Shown here piece by piece: positions 38,845 to 48,350 of a DNA stretch of 48,350 bases. This DNA comes from Bdellovibrionales bacterium (lineage in GTDB: Bacteria; Bdellovibrionota; Bdellovibrionia; Bdellovibrionales; JAMPXM01): assembly GCA_043784965.1 (NCBI GenBank), contig JAYVXS010000085.1:1-48350 (forward strand). The letters run 5' to 3'. The position numbers and the translations under genes were made by a program. How positions within the stretch are numbered: the stretch's first letter is position 1; each line of letters starts with the position of its first letter. The notes beneath the pieces are model-generated. The model made no database searches, was not told where the DNA came from, and saw nothing but the letters and a program-made list of their open reading frames with translations.

Positions 38845-39549
38845 ATGGCGAATATATTACTCGTGGATGATGATGAAGATCTGCTTCGTCTAGCACGAAA
38901 CCTATTAGCAAGTCAGAAGCACAGCGTAATGGTTGCACATGAAGCCATTGAGGCCATTGATCTTATTGGGCGGTATCGATTTCATTTAATCATTACTGAT
39001 GCCAATATGCCGCAATATTCTGGCTTTGATTTTGTAAAAACTGTGCGAAATCAAGAAGCATTACGAACTGTAAAAATTGCCATGTTGACTGGTCGCAGAG
39101 AAAAGCGTGATATCGATCGCGCCTTAAATGCAGGAGTCGACGACTATATTGTAAAGCCAATTGATCCCATTCTCTTCTTAAAAAAGATCGAACGCCTTTT
39201 GGAATCACCGACCGCTGTCGCCATAAGCGAAGTTGAACTTACTGATACCCCCGCACTTGCGGTAGCCAAAGTGGAGTTCGCCATTCAAATGACATCCGTA
39301 AGTGAAATGGGCTTAGTTGTAACCAGTCCGCATCCTATGGCTGAGGGCAAGCTAACAAATGTTGCGAGCTTGATGTATGATGAAATGGGGATTTCACCGC
39401 CCCATTTAAAAGTTTTGTCTTGCCTACAACTCAAATCACCGCGTGAAGGATATGAAATTCGTATGGCCTTTATTGGTACGGATGATACAACATTACAAAA
39501 AATTCGCTCTTGGATTTTCAAAACTCAAATCAAACGGAAAGTTTCATGA
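38845..39549 (+). CDS. Response regulator with a C-terminal degenerate PilZ-like domain
   Basis: ILLVDDD, ITDANMP, MLTG, YIVKP. C-terminal SVSEMG and Y.IRMAF. Confidence 0.8.
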   Translation: MANILLVDDDEDLLRLARNLLASQKHSVMVAHEAIEAIDLIGRYRFHLIITDANMPQYSGFDFVKTVRNQEALRTVKIAMLTGRREKRDIDRALNAGVDDYIVKPIDPILFLKKIERLLESPTAVAISEVELTDTPALAVAKVEFAIQMTSVSEMGLVVTSPHPMAEGKLTNVASLMYDEMGISPPHLKVLSCLQLKSPREGYEIRMAFIGTDDTTLQKIRSWIFKTQIKRKVS

Positions 39550-39923
39550 AAATATTACTGGCCGAAGATGACCCAAGCATTGTGTATATTACCCAAACTT
39601 GTCTTGAAAAAATTGGTGGCCACAAAGTTACCGTCGCTGTTGATGGAGAAAAAGCTTTGGCGCAAGCATTAGCCGAGACCTACGACTTATTAGTACTCGA
39701 CGGCATGATGCCAAAAAAGACGGGCCTTCAAGTAGCGACAGAATATCGTAAACTTTCTTTGATTAAGACTCCAATCATTTTTTTAAGTGCGCGAAATGAA
39801 GAAAAGGAAATAGAGAAGTACTATGAATTGGGCGGTGGTTTTATTGCGAAACCTTTTGATCCAATGAAAATATGTAAACAGGTTGATGAAATACACTCAA
39901 AACTGATGAAAGCCTCAGCATGA
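39546..39923 (+). CDS. Single-domain response regulator
   Basis: ILLAEDD, LDGMMP, FLSA, FIAKPF. ATGA overlap. Confidence 0.92.
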   Translation: MKILLAEDDPSIVYITQTCLEKIGGHKVTVAVDGEKALAQALAETYDLLVLDGMMPKKTGLQVATEYRKLSLIKTPIIFLSARNEEKEIEKYYELGGGFIAKPFDPMKICKQVDEIHSKLMKASA

Positions 39924-41287
39924 ACTTAATTAGATTTCGAGTGTTATTTCTGTATTGGAGCGCAATCTTCTGCGTAGTTTTTTTTGGCGTCAGAGGCTAC
40001 AAATCATATATAATGCTAAATCATGAATATGAACAACTTAGCCAAAGTTCAAATTTAAGAAATATCGTGCTCGATCTCGAACCCAGTAATTTTAATCGAG
40101 ATATCAAAAGTAAACTGCAAGATATCAAAAGATATATGGAGCAGTCGCAACGAACCTATAATTTAAGTGATCTCATTCAGGCCTACTCAAACCATGACTC
40201 TCACTTAGCAGAACTAAGGCGCGTTGTAGTTTTGAATGGCGAAAAGGCGTTTTATCAAAAAACCACATCTGACATTGATTTTTGGCAGAAACGGTTTATC
40301 TTCAATTTAATATGCGCCAGCCTAGGACCGATCCTTGGTTTTACCGTGCTCGTATTACTTCTCAAAAGTGCGCTCTTTAAGCCGTTACGCCAATTGACAA
40401 ACCGTATGATGGACTTTCTTGTTGATCGCTACTCATTTCAATTTTCGCAACCCGCTAACAATGAAATTGGCGCTCTTCAGAGAACATTTAGTTCTCTCGC
40501 TCAACGGGTGATCAACAATATGGATGAACTGAAATCATTGGATCAGGCTAAATCTGAATTCTTAAGCATAGCAAGTCATGAGCTTCGCACACCTATGACT
40601 TCAATTAAGGGCAGCTTGAGCTTACTTGCTGCTGGGGTGGCTGGTCCCATTGACCCCTCTGCAAAAAAATTGATTGAAATTGCCGAAACCGAAACCGATC
40701 GCCTCATTCGACTAATCAATGATTTACTAGATCTTGCAAAGATAGAGGCCAGAAGACTTCCTTTAAACCTAAAATGGGAATCTTGGCGTGAAATTGCTTC
40801 GAAAACTGCTGAGGGACTATCGGCCTTTGCCTATAATTCAAAGGTTCAACTCATTTTTGAGGCCTCAGCAGACTATGAATTGTATATAGATCCAGATCGT
40901 ATCCAACAGGTGCTGACAAATCTCATTTCAAATGCGGTCAAATTTTCGCCAGAAGGCGGCAAGATATTTATTAAGCTAATTGAAACCAACACACAGGCTC
41001 TTGAAATTCAAATACAAGATGAGGGCCCTGGAATTGCTAAAGAAGATCAAGAACTCATTTTTCAGAAATTTCGCCAAGCTGCTAATGCAGAAAATCCAAT
41101 TGTCAAAGGCACAGGACTAGGATTAGCTATTGCTAAGGCCCTTGTCGAAGAACACAAAGGCGTAATAGGTGTTTTTTCTAAAAAAGGAAATGGCGCGATG
41201 TTCTACTTCACTCTACCTGAATGGAAGAAAAACTCAGTTTCACCGCCTCAGTCTTTAACAGAGGCCTCAAAGGCAAAGGCAGCTTGA
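39920..41287 (+). CDS. Membrane sensor histidine kinase with HAMP domain
   Basis: Two TM segments, NEIGALQRTF, SHELRTPMTSI, NLISNAVKF, DEGPGI, GTGLGL. Confidence 0.95.
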   Translation: MNLIRFRVLFLYWSAIFCVVFFGVRGYKSYIMLNHEYEQLSQSSNLRNIVLDLEPSNFNRDIKSKLQDIKRYMEQSQRTYNLSDLIQAYSNHDSHLAELRRVVVLNGEKAFYQKTTSDIDFWQKRFIFNLICASLGPILGFTVLVLLLKSALFKPLRQLTNRMMDFLVDRYSFQFSQPANNEIGALQRTFSSLAQRVINNMDELKSLDQAKSEFLSIASHELRTPMTSIKGSLSLLAAGVAGPIDPSAKKLIEIAETETDRLIRLINDLLDLAKIEARRLPLNLKWESWREIASKTAEGLSAFAYNSKVQLIFEASADYELYIDPDRIQQVLTNLISNAVKFSPEGGKIFIKLIETNTQALEIQIQDEGPGIAKEDQELIFQKFRQAANAENPIVKGTGLGLAIAKALVEEHKGVIGVFSKKGNGAMFYFTLPEWKKNSVSPPQSLTEASKAKAA

Positions 41288-41637
41288 TCATTGAAGATCT
41301 GATGAAACAACTGAAGCTTGAATACGTCGATAGCTTACCTGAAAAGGGTAAACGACTTGTTCTGTTTTTTCAAAAAAACCAGCTGGCAGAACTTGAAAGT
41401 GAATTTCATAAAATGAAAGGCACTGGCAAAACTTACGGCTTACCAGAGGTGAGTTTACTTGCAGAAATTCTTGAAAAAATTTGCATGGATCATAGCGAGT
41501 TTTTGCACTCCGCAATACCAGTTGCACTTCATTTGATAGAAGAAATATATAAAACTCGAAAGGCTGATCTTGCATTCATGATTGAAGAGATAGATGAGTT
41601 TCAAAAATTAAAGCTCATCACCAGAAACAAAACTTAA
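41284..41637 (+). CDS. Hpt (histidine phosphotransfer) domain protein
   Basis: FHKMKGTGKTYGLPEVS..AE.LE. Start TTG 41284 or ATG 41302. Confidence 0.88.
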   Translation: MIIEDLMKQLKLEYVDSLPEKGKRLVLFFQKNQLAELESEFHKMKGTGKTYGLPEVSLLAEILEKICMDHSEFLHSAIPVALHLIEEIYKTRKADLAFMIEEIDEFQKLKLITRNKT

Positions 41638-41692
41638 GCTTGCTCTCTTGATAAGTAGACTCGCAAACCGCAAACCTCTGAAGGCGAATGAT

Positions 41693-43069
41693 ATGACAAA
41701 CTCATCACTAAATGAAATTTTTTCGAAAGAGCAAATCCTAACTGACCCAGAAAGTCTTAAACTCTATGGCAAAGATTGGCTCAAGTATTTTGAGTCAAAT
41801 GCCCGAGCCGTGGTCTTCCCGAAGTCCACACTTGAAGTGCAAAAACTTGTCATGTGGGCAAGAAAAAATAAAGTCTCTTTAGTGCCCTCCGGAGGGAGAA
41901 CCGGCCTCAGTGGCGCCGCTGTGGCACTTAACAATGAAGTCGTCGTAAGCTTTGATAAAATGAATCAAATTTTGGACATAAATGAAACCGATCGAGTTGT
42001 ACATCTCGAACCTGGGGTCATTACTGAAACTTTACAGAAGTATTTATGGGAAAAGGGCCACTACTACCCTGTTGATTTTGCATCTAGAGGGTCCAGCCAA
42101 ATGGGCGGAAACATCGCCACTAACGCCGGTGGCGTCAAAGTATTAAGATATGGACTTACACGAGATCAAGTATCAAGCCTAGAGGTCGTCACTGGCAATG
42201 GGGAGATTTTGCATTTAGGAAATGACTTAGTTAAAAATGCCACAGGACTTGATTTGAAACATCTATTTATTGGCTCCGAAGGAATATTGGGTTTTATTAC
42301 CAAGATCGGAATTAAATTTACTCATCAACCAAAGCCTTTAAGCGTCATGATTTTAGGTGTTCCCCATCTTGACTCTGTGATGAAGGTTTTTGAGAAGTTT
42401 CGCGAAGCCGTACCACTAACGGCCTTCGAATTTTTTTCGGATATTGCACTTGACTTAGTTACTGAATATACCGGGCTTACATCTCCTCTCGCGAGGCGTG
42501 CACCAAATTATTTACTGGTTGAAGTTGAAAACACCGACCAGTTGATTGCCGAAAAAATGCTTCAAGTTTTTGAAGATTGTCTAGAGAACAATTTGGTTCT
42601 AGATGGAACCATTGCTCAAAATGAAGCTCAGGCGCGCATTCTTTGGCGTTTTAGAGAAGATGTGAGTGAGGCTACTGAACGCTATTCTCCATATAAAAAT
42701 GATGTGTCGGTTCGCATTTCTCAAGTCCCGCAGTTTCTAGAACAAGTCGACTTGATATTGAAAAAGAATTATCCAAGCTTTAAAGTTGTTTGGTTTGGCC
42801 ACATCGGCGACGGAAATATGCACATTAATATTTTAAAGCCAAAAGATCTAAGCAAAGCAGAATTTATTAAAAACTGCGAGCAGGTTAATGAACTACTTTT
42901 TAATGTGATCGGTGAAATGAAGGGTTCAATCTCAGCCGAACATGGCGTTGGATTGACCAAAAGAAATTATCTAAAACATTCAAAGTCTCAAGCTGAGATT
43001 AGTCTGATGCAAGAAATTAAGAAAGTATTCGATCCAGACGGAATCATGAATCCTGGAAAAGTGATCTGA
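41693..43069 (+). CDS. FAD-binding oxidoreductase (D-2-hydroxyacid dehydrogenase/GlcD family)
   Basis: PSGGRTGLSG, GGNIATNAGG, GSEGILG, GHIGDGNMH, SAEHGVG, DPDGIMNPGK. Confidence 0.92.
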   Translation: MTNSSLNEIFSKEQILTDPESLKLYGKDWLKYFESNARAVVFPKSTLEVQKLVMWARKNKVSLVPSGGRTGLSGAAVALNNEVVVSFDKMNQILDINETDRVVHLEPGVITETLQKYLWEKGHYYPVDFASRGSSQMGGNIATNAGGVKVLRYGLTRDQVSSLEVVTGNGEILHLGNDLVKNATGLDLKHLFIGSEGILGFITKIGIKFTHQPKPLSVMILGVPHLDSVMKVFEKFREAVPLTAFEFFSDIALDLVTEYTGLTSPLARRAPNYLLVEVENTDQLIAEKMLQVFEDCLENNLVLDGTIAQNEAQARILWRFREDVSEATERYSPYKNDVSVRISQVPQFLEQVDLILKKNYPSFKVVWFGHIGDGNMHINILKPKDLSKAEFIKNCEQVNELLFNVIGEMKGSISAEHGVGLTKRNYLKHSKSQAEISLMQEIKKVFDPDGIMNPGKVI

Positions 43070-43228
43070 AAATAATCAGCGTCTGTAGTCCTTAGATCTG
43101 ATCCCTGCTGCATAGTCTGCCAAGAGCCATGGCTGAAGATCTATCTTTAAGATCATCTTGTCATAATGAGATTCAGTTGAATAGAATAGTATTTTGAATG
43201 AACTGCTTTTAACCTAAGGGAGCCTCCC

Positions 43229-44596
43229 GTGTCTGAATTATCTAGCTCCAATGATGAACGTCTGAGACTTCTTTTCATTGACGACGACATTTTGATCGCC
43301 CAAAGCGTAAAAATGTTGCTCCCTTCGAATTGGCGAATGGTTCATGCCCTCTCACTTAAAGGTGTTGATGGTAGAAATTTTGATGCTGCTTTTATTGATA
43401 TGCATCTTGCCCCTGACTCACTTAGAGCTAAGAAACCTGAAGGGCCTGGTCTGATCGGAGAGCTCAGTAAACAAAATCCACATCTTGAAATTGTCGCGCT
43501 CTCGGGAGATCTCGATCGCCATCTAATGGAGGCTTGCTTGCAAGCAGGCGCTTCAAGATATTTAGCAAAGCCATTGGCACCAGAAGAATTTAAATTGGTT
43601 TTAGCAAAGATTGAAGCGCTGATCTTATTGCGAAATGCAACTCATCGGGCTTTTCAGAGCTCACAAGCTTGGATCGGATCAGGTTCAAAAAGTCATGAAG
43701 TTTGCAAACAAATTGCCTCATTACAAAGTGAAAGTGGACCAATTTTAATTGAAGGTGAGTCAGGAACTGGTAAGGAGGTCGCTGCCCACCTCATCCACGG
43801 GCCCAAATCTGAGCGGCCCTTTATTGCAGTGAATATTGCAGCAATTTCCGAAAAGCTTTTTGAATCTGAAATGTTTGGTCACGTCAAAGGGGCCTTCACT
43901 GGTGCCGACCAGAATAAAATTGGTTTGATTGAAGCCGCAAGTGGCGGCGATCTTTTTATTGATGAAATTGAGGCCCTACCACTTGAACTTCAGCCCATTA
44001 TGCTGAGATTTTTAGAGAGCGGCGAAATTCGTAGGGTTGGGGCCAAAGAAAATATGAAAATCAATGTACGCGTAATCGTTGCAACAAATCAGAATCTAAA
44101 TCAAATGGTTCGCGAGCAAAAATTTCGTGACGATCTTTTATGGCGGCTAAATGGTAAAAAAATTGTATTGCCTCCTCTCAGGGAGCGCCGCGAAGACATT
44201 CATGAGTTATGTGAGTATTTTCTGAAAGCCGAACGACCCAAAAGAAATAAGTCACTAGCTGAGGATGCCAAATTGGCTTTAAGTGAGTATTCTTTTCCTG
44301 GCAATGTACGCGAACTCAAGAGAATCATTGAACAACTTAGCTTATATTCTCCTCTGCCAATTATTCGTAGGGAGGATGTCGTAAACTGTTTACCTAGAAG
44401 CTTCAGTGGTTCACAAATTGAAGACATCGACTTCAGTCCTGGTTTGAATGAGGTCATGCAATCTTTTGAGGCAAAAATCATATTAAAGGCTCTAAAACTC
44501 TATCCAGAAATTGATGAATTGGCACAAGTGCTAAAGGTTTCTCGCTCGAATTTGTATAAAAAGTTAAAAGATCATAATATTGAACTGCCAAACTAA
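43229..44596 (+). CDS. Sigma54-dependent response regulator (NtrC family)
   Basis: Receiver domain, GESGTGKE, ESEMFGHVKGAFTGA, FPGNVREL, Fis-type HTH. Confidence 0.95.
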   Translation: MSELSSSNDERLRLLFIDDDILIAQSVKMLLPSNWRMVHALSLKGVDGRNFDAAFIDMHLAPDSLRAKKPEGPGLIGELSKQNPHLEIVALSGDLDRHLMEACLQAGASRYLAKPLAPEEFKLVLAKIEALILLRNATHRAFQSSQAWIGSGSKSHEVCKQIASLQSESGPILIEGESGTGKEVAAHLIHGPKSERPFIAVNIAAISEKLFESEMFGHVKGAFTGADQNKIGLIEAASGGDLFIDEIEALPLELQPIMLRFLESGEIRRVGAKENMKINVRVIVATNQNLNQMVREQKFRDDLLWRLNGKKIVLPPLRERREDIHELCEYFLKAERPKRNKSLAEDAKLALSEYSFPGNVRELKRIIEQLSLYSPLPIIRREDVVNCLPRSFSGSQIEDIDFSPGLNEVMQSFEAKIILKALKLYPEIDELAQVLKVSRSNLYKKLKDHNIELPN

Positions 44597-44608
44597 TACG
44601 AACGCTAG

Positions 44609-45571
44609 TTGGACGAGAGAAAAGCAAGGATTCGAAATCAAATGTTTGTAATGTGGAATGATCTACTCTATCGACAGACCGTCTATTTAGTTTTTGGAAC
44701 CATGCTGGTTATTGGCCTAGGTTTGTTTTTCTTGAGAAATAGGAACTCACAGTTTCAGGCCGGCTGGGCCAGCCTAAAAAGTTGGGTATTTGCAGCCCCG
44801 GTACTCGTTGGTCTGTTGGGCCTAAGTTCACCCTGGCCGCTAATTGTACTGACCATTCTTTCAATATCATGTGCGAAAATATTTTTTCAGATGACAGGTA
44901 TGTATCATCGAAGCAATTTTGTCTGGGCCACCTATATCGGAATCATTCTTTTAGGCTTCTGTATTGAGTTCGATCTGCAATCACTCTACGAAGTTGGGCC
45001 GATGATATTTTTGGGATTCATTTGCTTCATCCCGATTCTTAGAGACTCTACCAAACATATGATTCAGTATCTGTCGCTCACTCTCGTTGCATTTAGTTTT
45101 TTAGGTTGGGCATTTATGCATCTCGGCTGGCTTCTCAAACTCGATCATGGCCCATTTTTGGTTCTGTATATTGTTATACTCACTGAAGTATACGACAATA
45201 TGTATATTGCGATCAGCCGGCGAGTTGGCAAGATTAAGATTTTTCACCGCATAAATCCAAAACGAAATTTAGAAAGTTTTTTAATTTCCTGTATTCTGAC
45301 TTTTGCATTGGCATGGGCAATGAGACATTTGTTGCCAATTCGAAGTGAAGTATTTTGGATGGCCTCAGCCTTTGTTGCCTGTTTTGGCGGAAGTCTTGGC
45401 GACCTCACTCTTTCAGTCATAAGACGGGATCTCGGCATAAAAGATGTCGGCGCCTTCATTATTGGGCGCGGCGATCTGCTCACTGTTGTTGATCGACTTC
45501 TTTTTGTCGCTCCGATTTATTACTATGTAATGAGTTACCTTCTTAAGCTCTATGCACAGGGTCGACTTTGA
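44609..45571 (+). CDS. Phosphatidate cytidylyltransferase (CdsA/YnbB-like) family membrane protein, divergent
   Basis: Multiple TM segments, SW, LTEVYD, GDLTLSVIRRDLGIKD.G. The start may be ATG 44642 or 44651. Confidence 0.8.
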   Translation: MDERKARIRNQMFVMWNDLLYRQTVYLVFGTMLVIGLGLFFLRNRNSQFQAGWASLKSWVFAAPVLVGLLGLSSPWPLIVLTILSISCAKIFFQMTGMYHRSNFVWATYIGIILLGFCIEFDLQSLYEVGPMIFLGFICFIPILRDSTKHMIQYLSLTLVAFSFLGWAFMHLGWLLKLDHGPFLVLYIVILTEVYDNMYIAISRRVGKIKIFHRINPKRNLESFLISCILTFALAWAMRHLLPIRSEVFWMASAFVACFGGSLGDLTLSVIRRDLGIKDVGAFIIGRGDLLTVVDRLLFVAPIYYYVMSYLLKLYAQGRL

Positions 45572-46326
45572 AAGATTTTGACTACGAAAATGATCAATGG
45601 ATGAAGCTGCCCTCTCATCTCAAACATCTGCCCATTTTCACCAGACACTTTGATTTATTCAGTCGAGTCATTCGAGTACTCTGGAGAATCGTCTTAAAAG
45701 GTTGGTTTTTTAAGCTCTATATTAACCTTAAAGTGATAGGTGATTTTGAAGAAATTCACAAAAATTATCCAAAACTAATTATCATCAGCAATCACGCCTC
45801 ACATCTAGATGCGACCTCCATTGCCGCTGCAATTCCGTTTAAATATTGGATGGACGTCTACATAGCGGCGGCCAAAGACTATTTTTTCTCAAATACTTTA
45901 TTTACTTTTTTTTCACAGCACTGTCTTGGCGCCATTCCCATTGATCGCAGAGAACGTAAAAGTGAGGCTCTCGATTTATGCATTAATTTGCTTACTAATC
46001 TCGAAAATATTTGGCTGATAATTTTTCCTGAAGGCACACGATCACCTGATGGATATATTCAAGAATTTAAACGAGGCGTGAGTGTTTTTTCAGAACGAAC
46101 ACTTACGCCACTTCTATTTATTTATATCGATGGTAGCAGTAGACTTTGGCCACGCGGCCGGGTTTTTGCAAAAACCGGAACGCTCACACTCTATATTGGG
46201 CCGGTACATCCTCCAGGACCCATTGAACTGATCTATGAACATTACCGCGATTGGGTCATGACGATTAATCCAAAAGCCTTTGAAGAAGAAGCTCTGCCAG
46301 AAGCCAATACTGCTGTAAAAAAATAG
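45568..46326 (+). CDS. Lysophospholipid acyltransferase (PlsC family)
   Basis: NHASHLD, AAAKDYF, IFPEGTRS, FKRG. Confidence 0.9.
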   Translation: MKDFDYENDQWMKLPSHLKHLPIFTRHFDLFSRVIRVLWRIVLKGWFFKLYINLKVIGDFEEIHKNYPKLIIISNHASHLDATSIAAAIPFKYWMDVYIAAAKDYFFSNTLFTFFSQHCLGAIPIDRRERKSEALDLCINLLTNLENIWLIIFPEGTRSPDGYIQEFKRGVSVFSERTLTPLLFIYIDGSSRLWPRGRVFAKTGTLTLYIGPVHPPGPIELIYEHYRDWVMTINPKAFEEEALPEANTAVKK

Positions 46327-46393
46327 ATCCTTCAGAGCTCGGTGACAGCTGACAGACTTCTGCTATCGGCTGCCCCAATATTTCTGAATTCTC

Positions 46394-47509
46394 TTAGAAC
46401 ATATAGGTCATGCTGGCATTGGCAAGAAAGTTGTTTCCATCAATACGGCCTTGTGTCCCCATACCTGCACCTGCTGGAGCAGTTGAGCTACCTGCTGTGC
46501 CGGCAAGAGTGCCGTCAATGGTGACCTTCTTCCAGCTGATTCCAACGCCTCCTGAAACAGTTGTTGAATTTGGATTATTGGAATTAGTAACAGTTGTCAC
46601 TTTCTGATCGAGAACTACATTCTGAGCAACAGAGCCTCTTAACTTCAACCAATCAGTCGCCACCGTCTCAAGACCTACTACAAGCGGAATGCTGGTACTC
46701 TTCAAAGCAGCATTTGAATTATTAGTATAGGCCAAAGCTGCAGAATAGAAAAATTTAGTAGAAGAATCTGGGTTTAGAAAGTGCGCATATCCAGCCGTAA
46801 TATCAGTCATGCTTGCTGTTGTTTCAACGCTACCAGTACCCGGAGTTGCTTTATAATTCATGAATCTGCTCTCTACATAAAGCTTTTGCTCACTACTAAT
46901 TTCGTAACCAGCCCCCAATTTGAAACTTGGATTAAGTGTGAGCGAATTTGTTCCAACGCCAAAATCATTATCGGCACGGCTGAGCATATCAAGTGCGGCA
47001 TAGGCATCTAACTTATCACGCTTGATACCACCACGAAATTCATAAGTACTTGCCTTTTGGGTAGATGCGGTACTTGTTCGGCTCTCTGTCATCCCGTAAA
47101 TAAAAGCAAAGCCCCATTTAAGTGAGCTGCCACTACCAATTTGAAGTTCAATTGTATTTTGTGGATTCTTAAATGTTGAGCCATTGTAAGTTCCAATATC
47201 TGTTACCACTGCATTGAAATCAGCTTGGCGACCGAGTTGCAATCCAATATGATAAGCGCCCCATTTATGAAAAAATCCACCTTCTGAATTTGCTGATGTT
47301 GCAAATGGACCAGATTGGTTGCCAAACTCGAAATTCGCAAAATCATTCGTTGTATTGATATTGGCGGGATTCAAAAATAATGAGCGGGTATCCTCAATAT
47401 AAGATGAGCCATCTGGATTTTGACCCAACGAAATAAGACGCGCCTTTGAGGCGAATGCATTTGGTACCATTAGCACCAATAGTGCAGCTGCTGTTAAAAA
47501 CTTTTTCAT
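46394..47509 (-). CDS. Major outer-membrane beta-barrel protein, PopA/Bd0427-like
   Basis: Signal peptide then mature ASKAR, EGGF, WLKLRGSVAQNVVL and C-terminal NNFLANASMTYMF, resembling my recollection of the Bdellovibrio major OMP. GGAG RBS before ATG 47509. Confidence 0.75.
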   Translation of the reverse strand: MKKFLTAAALLVLMVPNAFASKARLISLGQNPDGSSYIEDTRSLFLNPANINTTNDFANFEFGNQSGPFATSANSEGGFFHKWGAYHIGLQLGRQADFNAVVTDIGTYNGSTFKNPQNTIELQIGSGSSLKWGFAFIYGMTESRTSTASTQKASTYEFRGGIKRDKLDAYAALDMLSRADNDFGVGTNSLTLNPSFKLGAGYEISSEQKLYVESRFMNYKATPGTGSVETTASMTDITAGYAHFLNPDSSTKFFYSAALAYTNNSNAALKSTSIPLVVGLETVATDWLKLRGSVAQNVVLDQKVTTVTNSNNPNSTTVSGGVGISWKKVTIDGTLAGTAGSSTAPAGAGMGTQGRIDGNNFLANASMTYMF

Positions 47510-47734
47510 AAAAATTCTCCTAGTTTCAGTTGATGAGCTCATTCATAACAAGAGCCCTAAAACTAGACCAATTCGAGAATTTATGTCCAGTAAAAACATG
47601 AAGACTCATAAGTGATTTGCAAAAGCAAAAACTGTCTGAAAAAAGCCGCAGCTATTGATTTCAAGCGATTTCTTAGACAATCTTCTAGATGAGACATTAG
47701 ACAGGCAAATAGACTGTTTCTTCGGCAGCAACGG

Positions 47735-48258
47735 CTAAAAATCTTTTTGCAAGATGGCTTCGCCACCCCGTCCGTCACGGACAACAAAAACAAAAGTATA
47801 ATGCCCCGTCACTGGGGGCAATTTTCCGGGCGTAAATTGATTTGAACTTAAAAAATCAGTTCGAATATATTGATAATCTCCTGCATTGCTGAACCATGTG
47901 ATCAGTAAATTCTCAGTAGACGCAACAAGTGTGCCGAGAGAATCTCGATAAGAATAGTTCTCTGCGGCGGCTGCCGGAATTGAAGGCAACAAAGATGCAA
48001 CTGCAGTGGGCATCGCCGCGAAACTGGTTCCAGAAACTAATATATCTAATATATCTGTGATGCTTGGATTTGCATTCTGAACGTGCCCCTGAGATACAAC
48101 AATTCTTCGAAAAGCTGAAGTGGAAGCTCCATCAGACGCAAGCAAGCTATAGGTCACAAGATAACTCACGCCATTGTAGATATTATTGCTATTTTGTCCC
48201 GCTAATAAATTAGTCGGAACTGCGACTGAAAATGCGTTTGCAAGCCCGGTATAAGACC
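47735..48258 (-). pseudogene. 3' part of a hypothetical gene interrupted by a family A element
   Basis: Frame stays open upstream of GTG 48169 (SYTGLANAFSVAVPTNLLAG...YNG) right up to the element's TA at 48259-48260. C-terminal VVRDGRGG. Confidence 0.65.
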
Positions 48259-48260
48259 TA

Positions 48261-48350
48261 GCCCGGATATTTCATCAGATTTCTGTTGCAATCGCCGCTT
48301 CGCTAGTCTGGGCGCTTCGCTCCTGGCGTTTTCGAGACCTTTTCACTGCG
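48261..48350 (-). mobile_element. Repeat family A, right half on the minus strand, cut by the window end
   Basis: 48258-48345 is the exact reverse complement of 1-88. Confidence 0.9.

Noticed and set aside
13861-47570. Recurrent TAGACC hexamer in intergenic DNA
   Set aside because: A 6-mer is expected many times by chance in 48 kb, and I could not show enrichment by eye.
1510-47793. Numerous 60-150 aa ORFs antisense to or nested in long genes
   Set aside because: These are shadow ORFs of well-supported CDS with no motifs or RBS.
1-48350. The window ends form a perfect 88-bp inverted repeat, suggesting a composite transposon or linear replicon
   Set aside because: The interior is core housekeeping genes, the same repeat occurs internally, and both ends stop mid-element. 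An assembly break at a multicopy repeat is the simpler explanation.

Overview
Bacterial chromosomal segment of about 42 CDS, most likely Bdellovibrionota. That assignment is my inference from a PopA/Bd0427-like major outer-membrane protein, a split ComEC and a TamB/Omp85 pair. The content is mostly housekeeping and envelope genes: kamA-like, uvrD/pcrA, RRM protein, hppA, M17 peptidase, rlmI-like, trpS, ald, lpxC, ruvCAB, efp, tamB/Omp85, bolA-grxD, a phosphorelay cluster, a sigma54 activator and lipid enzymes. I saw no rRNA, tRNA, CRISPR array, transposase or phage genes. The most unusual signal is non-coding: two interspersed repeat families. Family A is a ~188-bp TA-flanked element with terminal inverted repeats that can fold into one long rod. 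It has six copies or fragments, including both window ends, and one copy interrupts a gene. Family B is a ~88-bp element without terminal inverted repeats. It has five copies or fragments, and one sits at the breakpoint of a 5'-truncated gene. A is nested in B at the same TA and in the same orientation at two loci. Protein calls come from recognised motifs, not from database searches.
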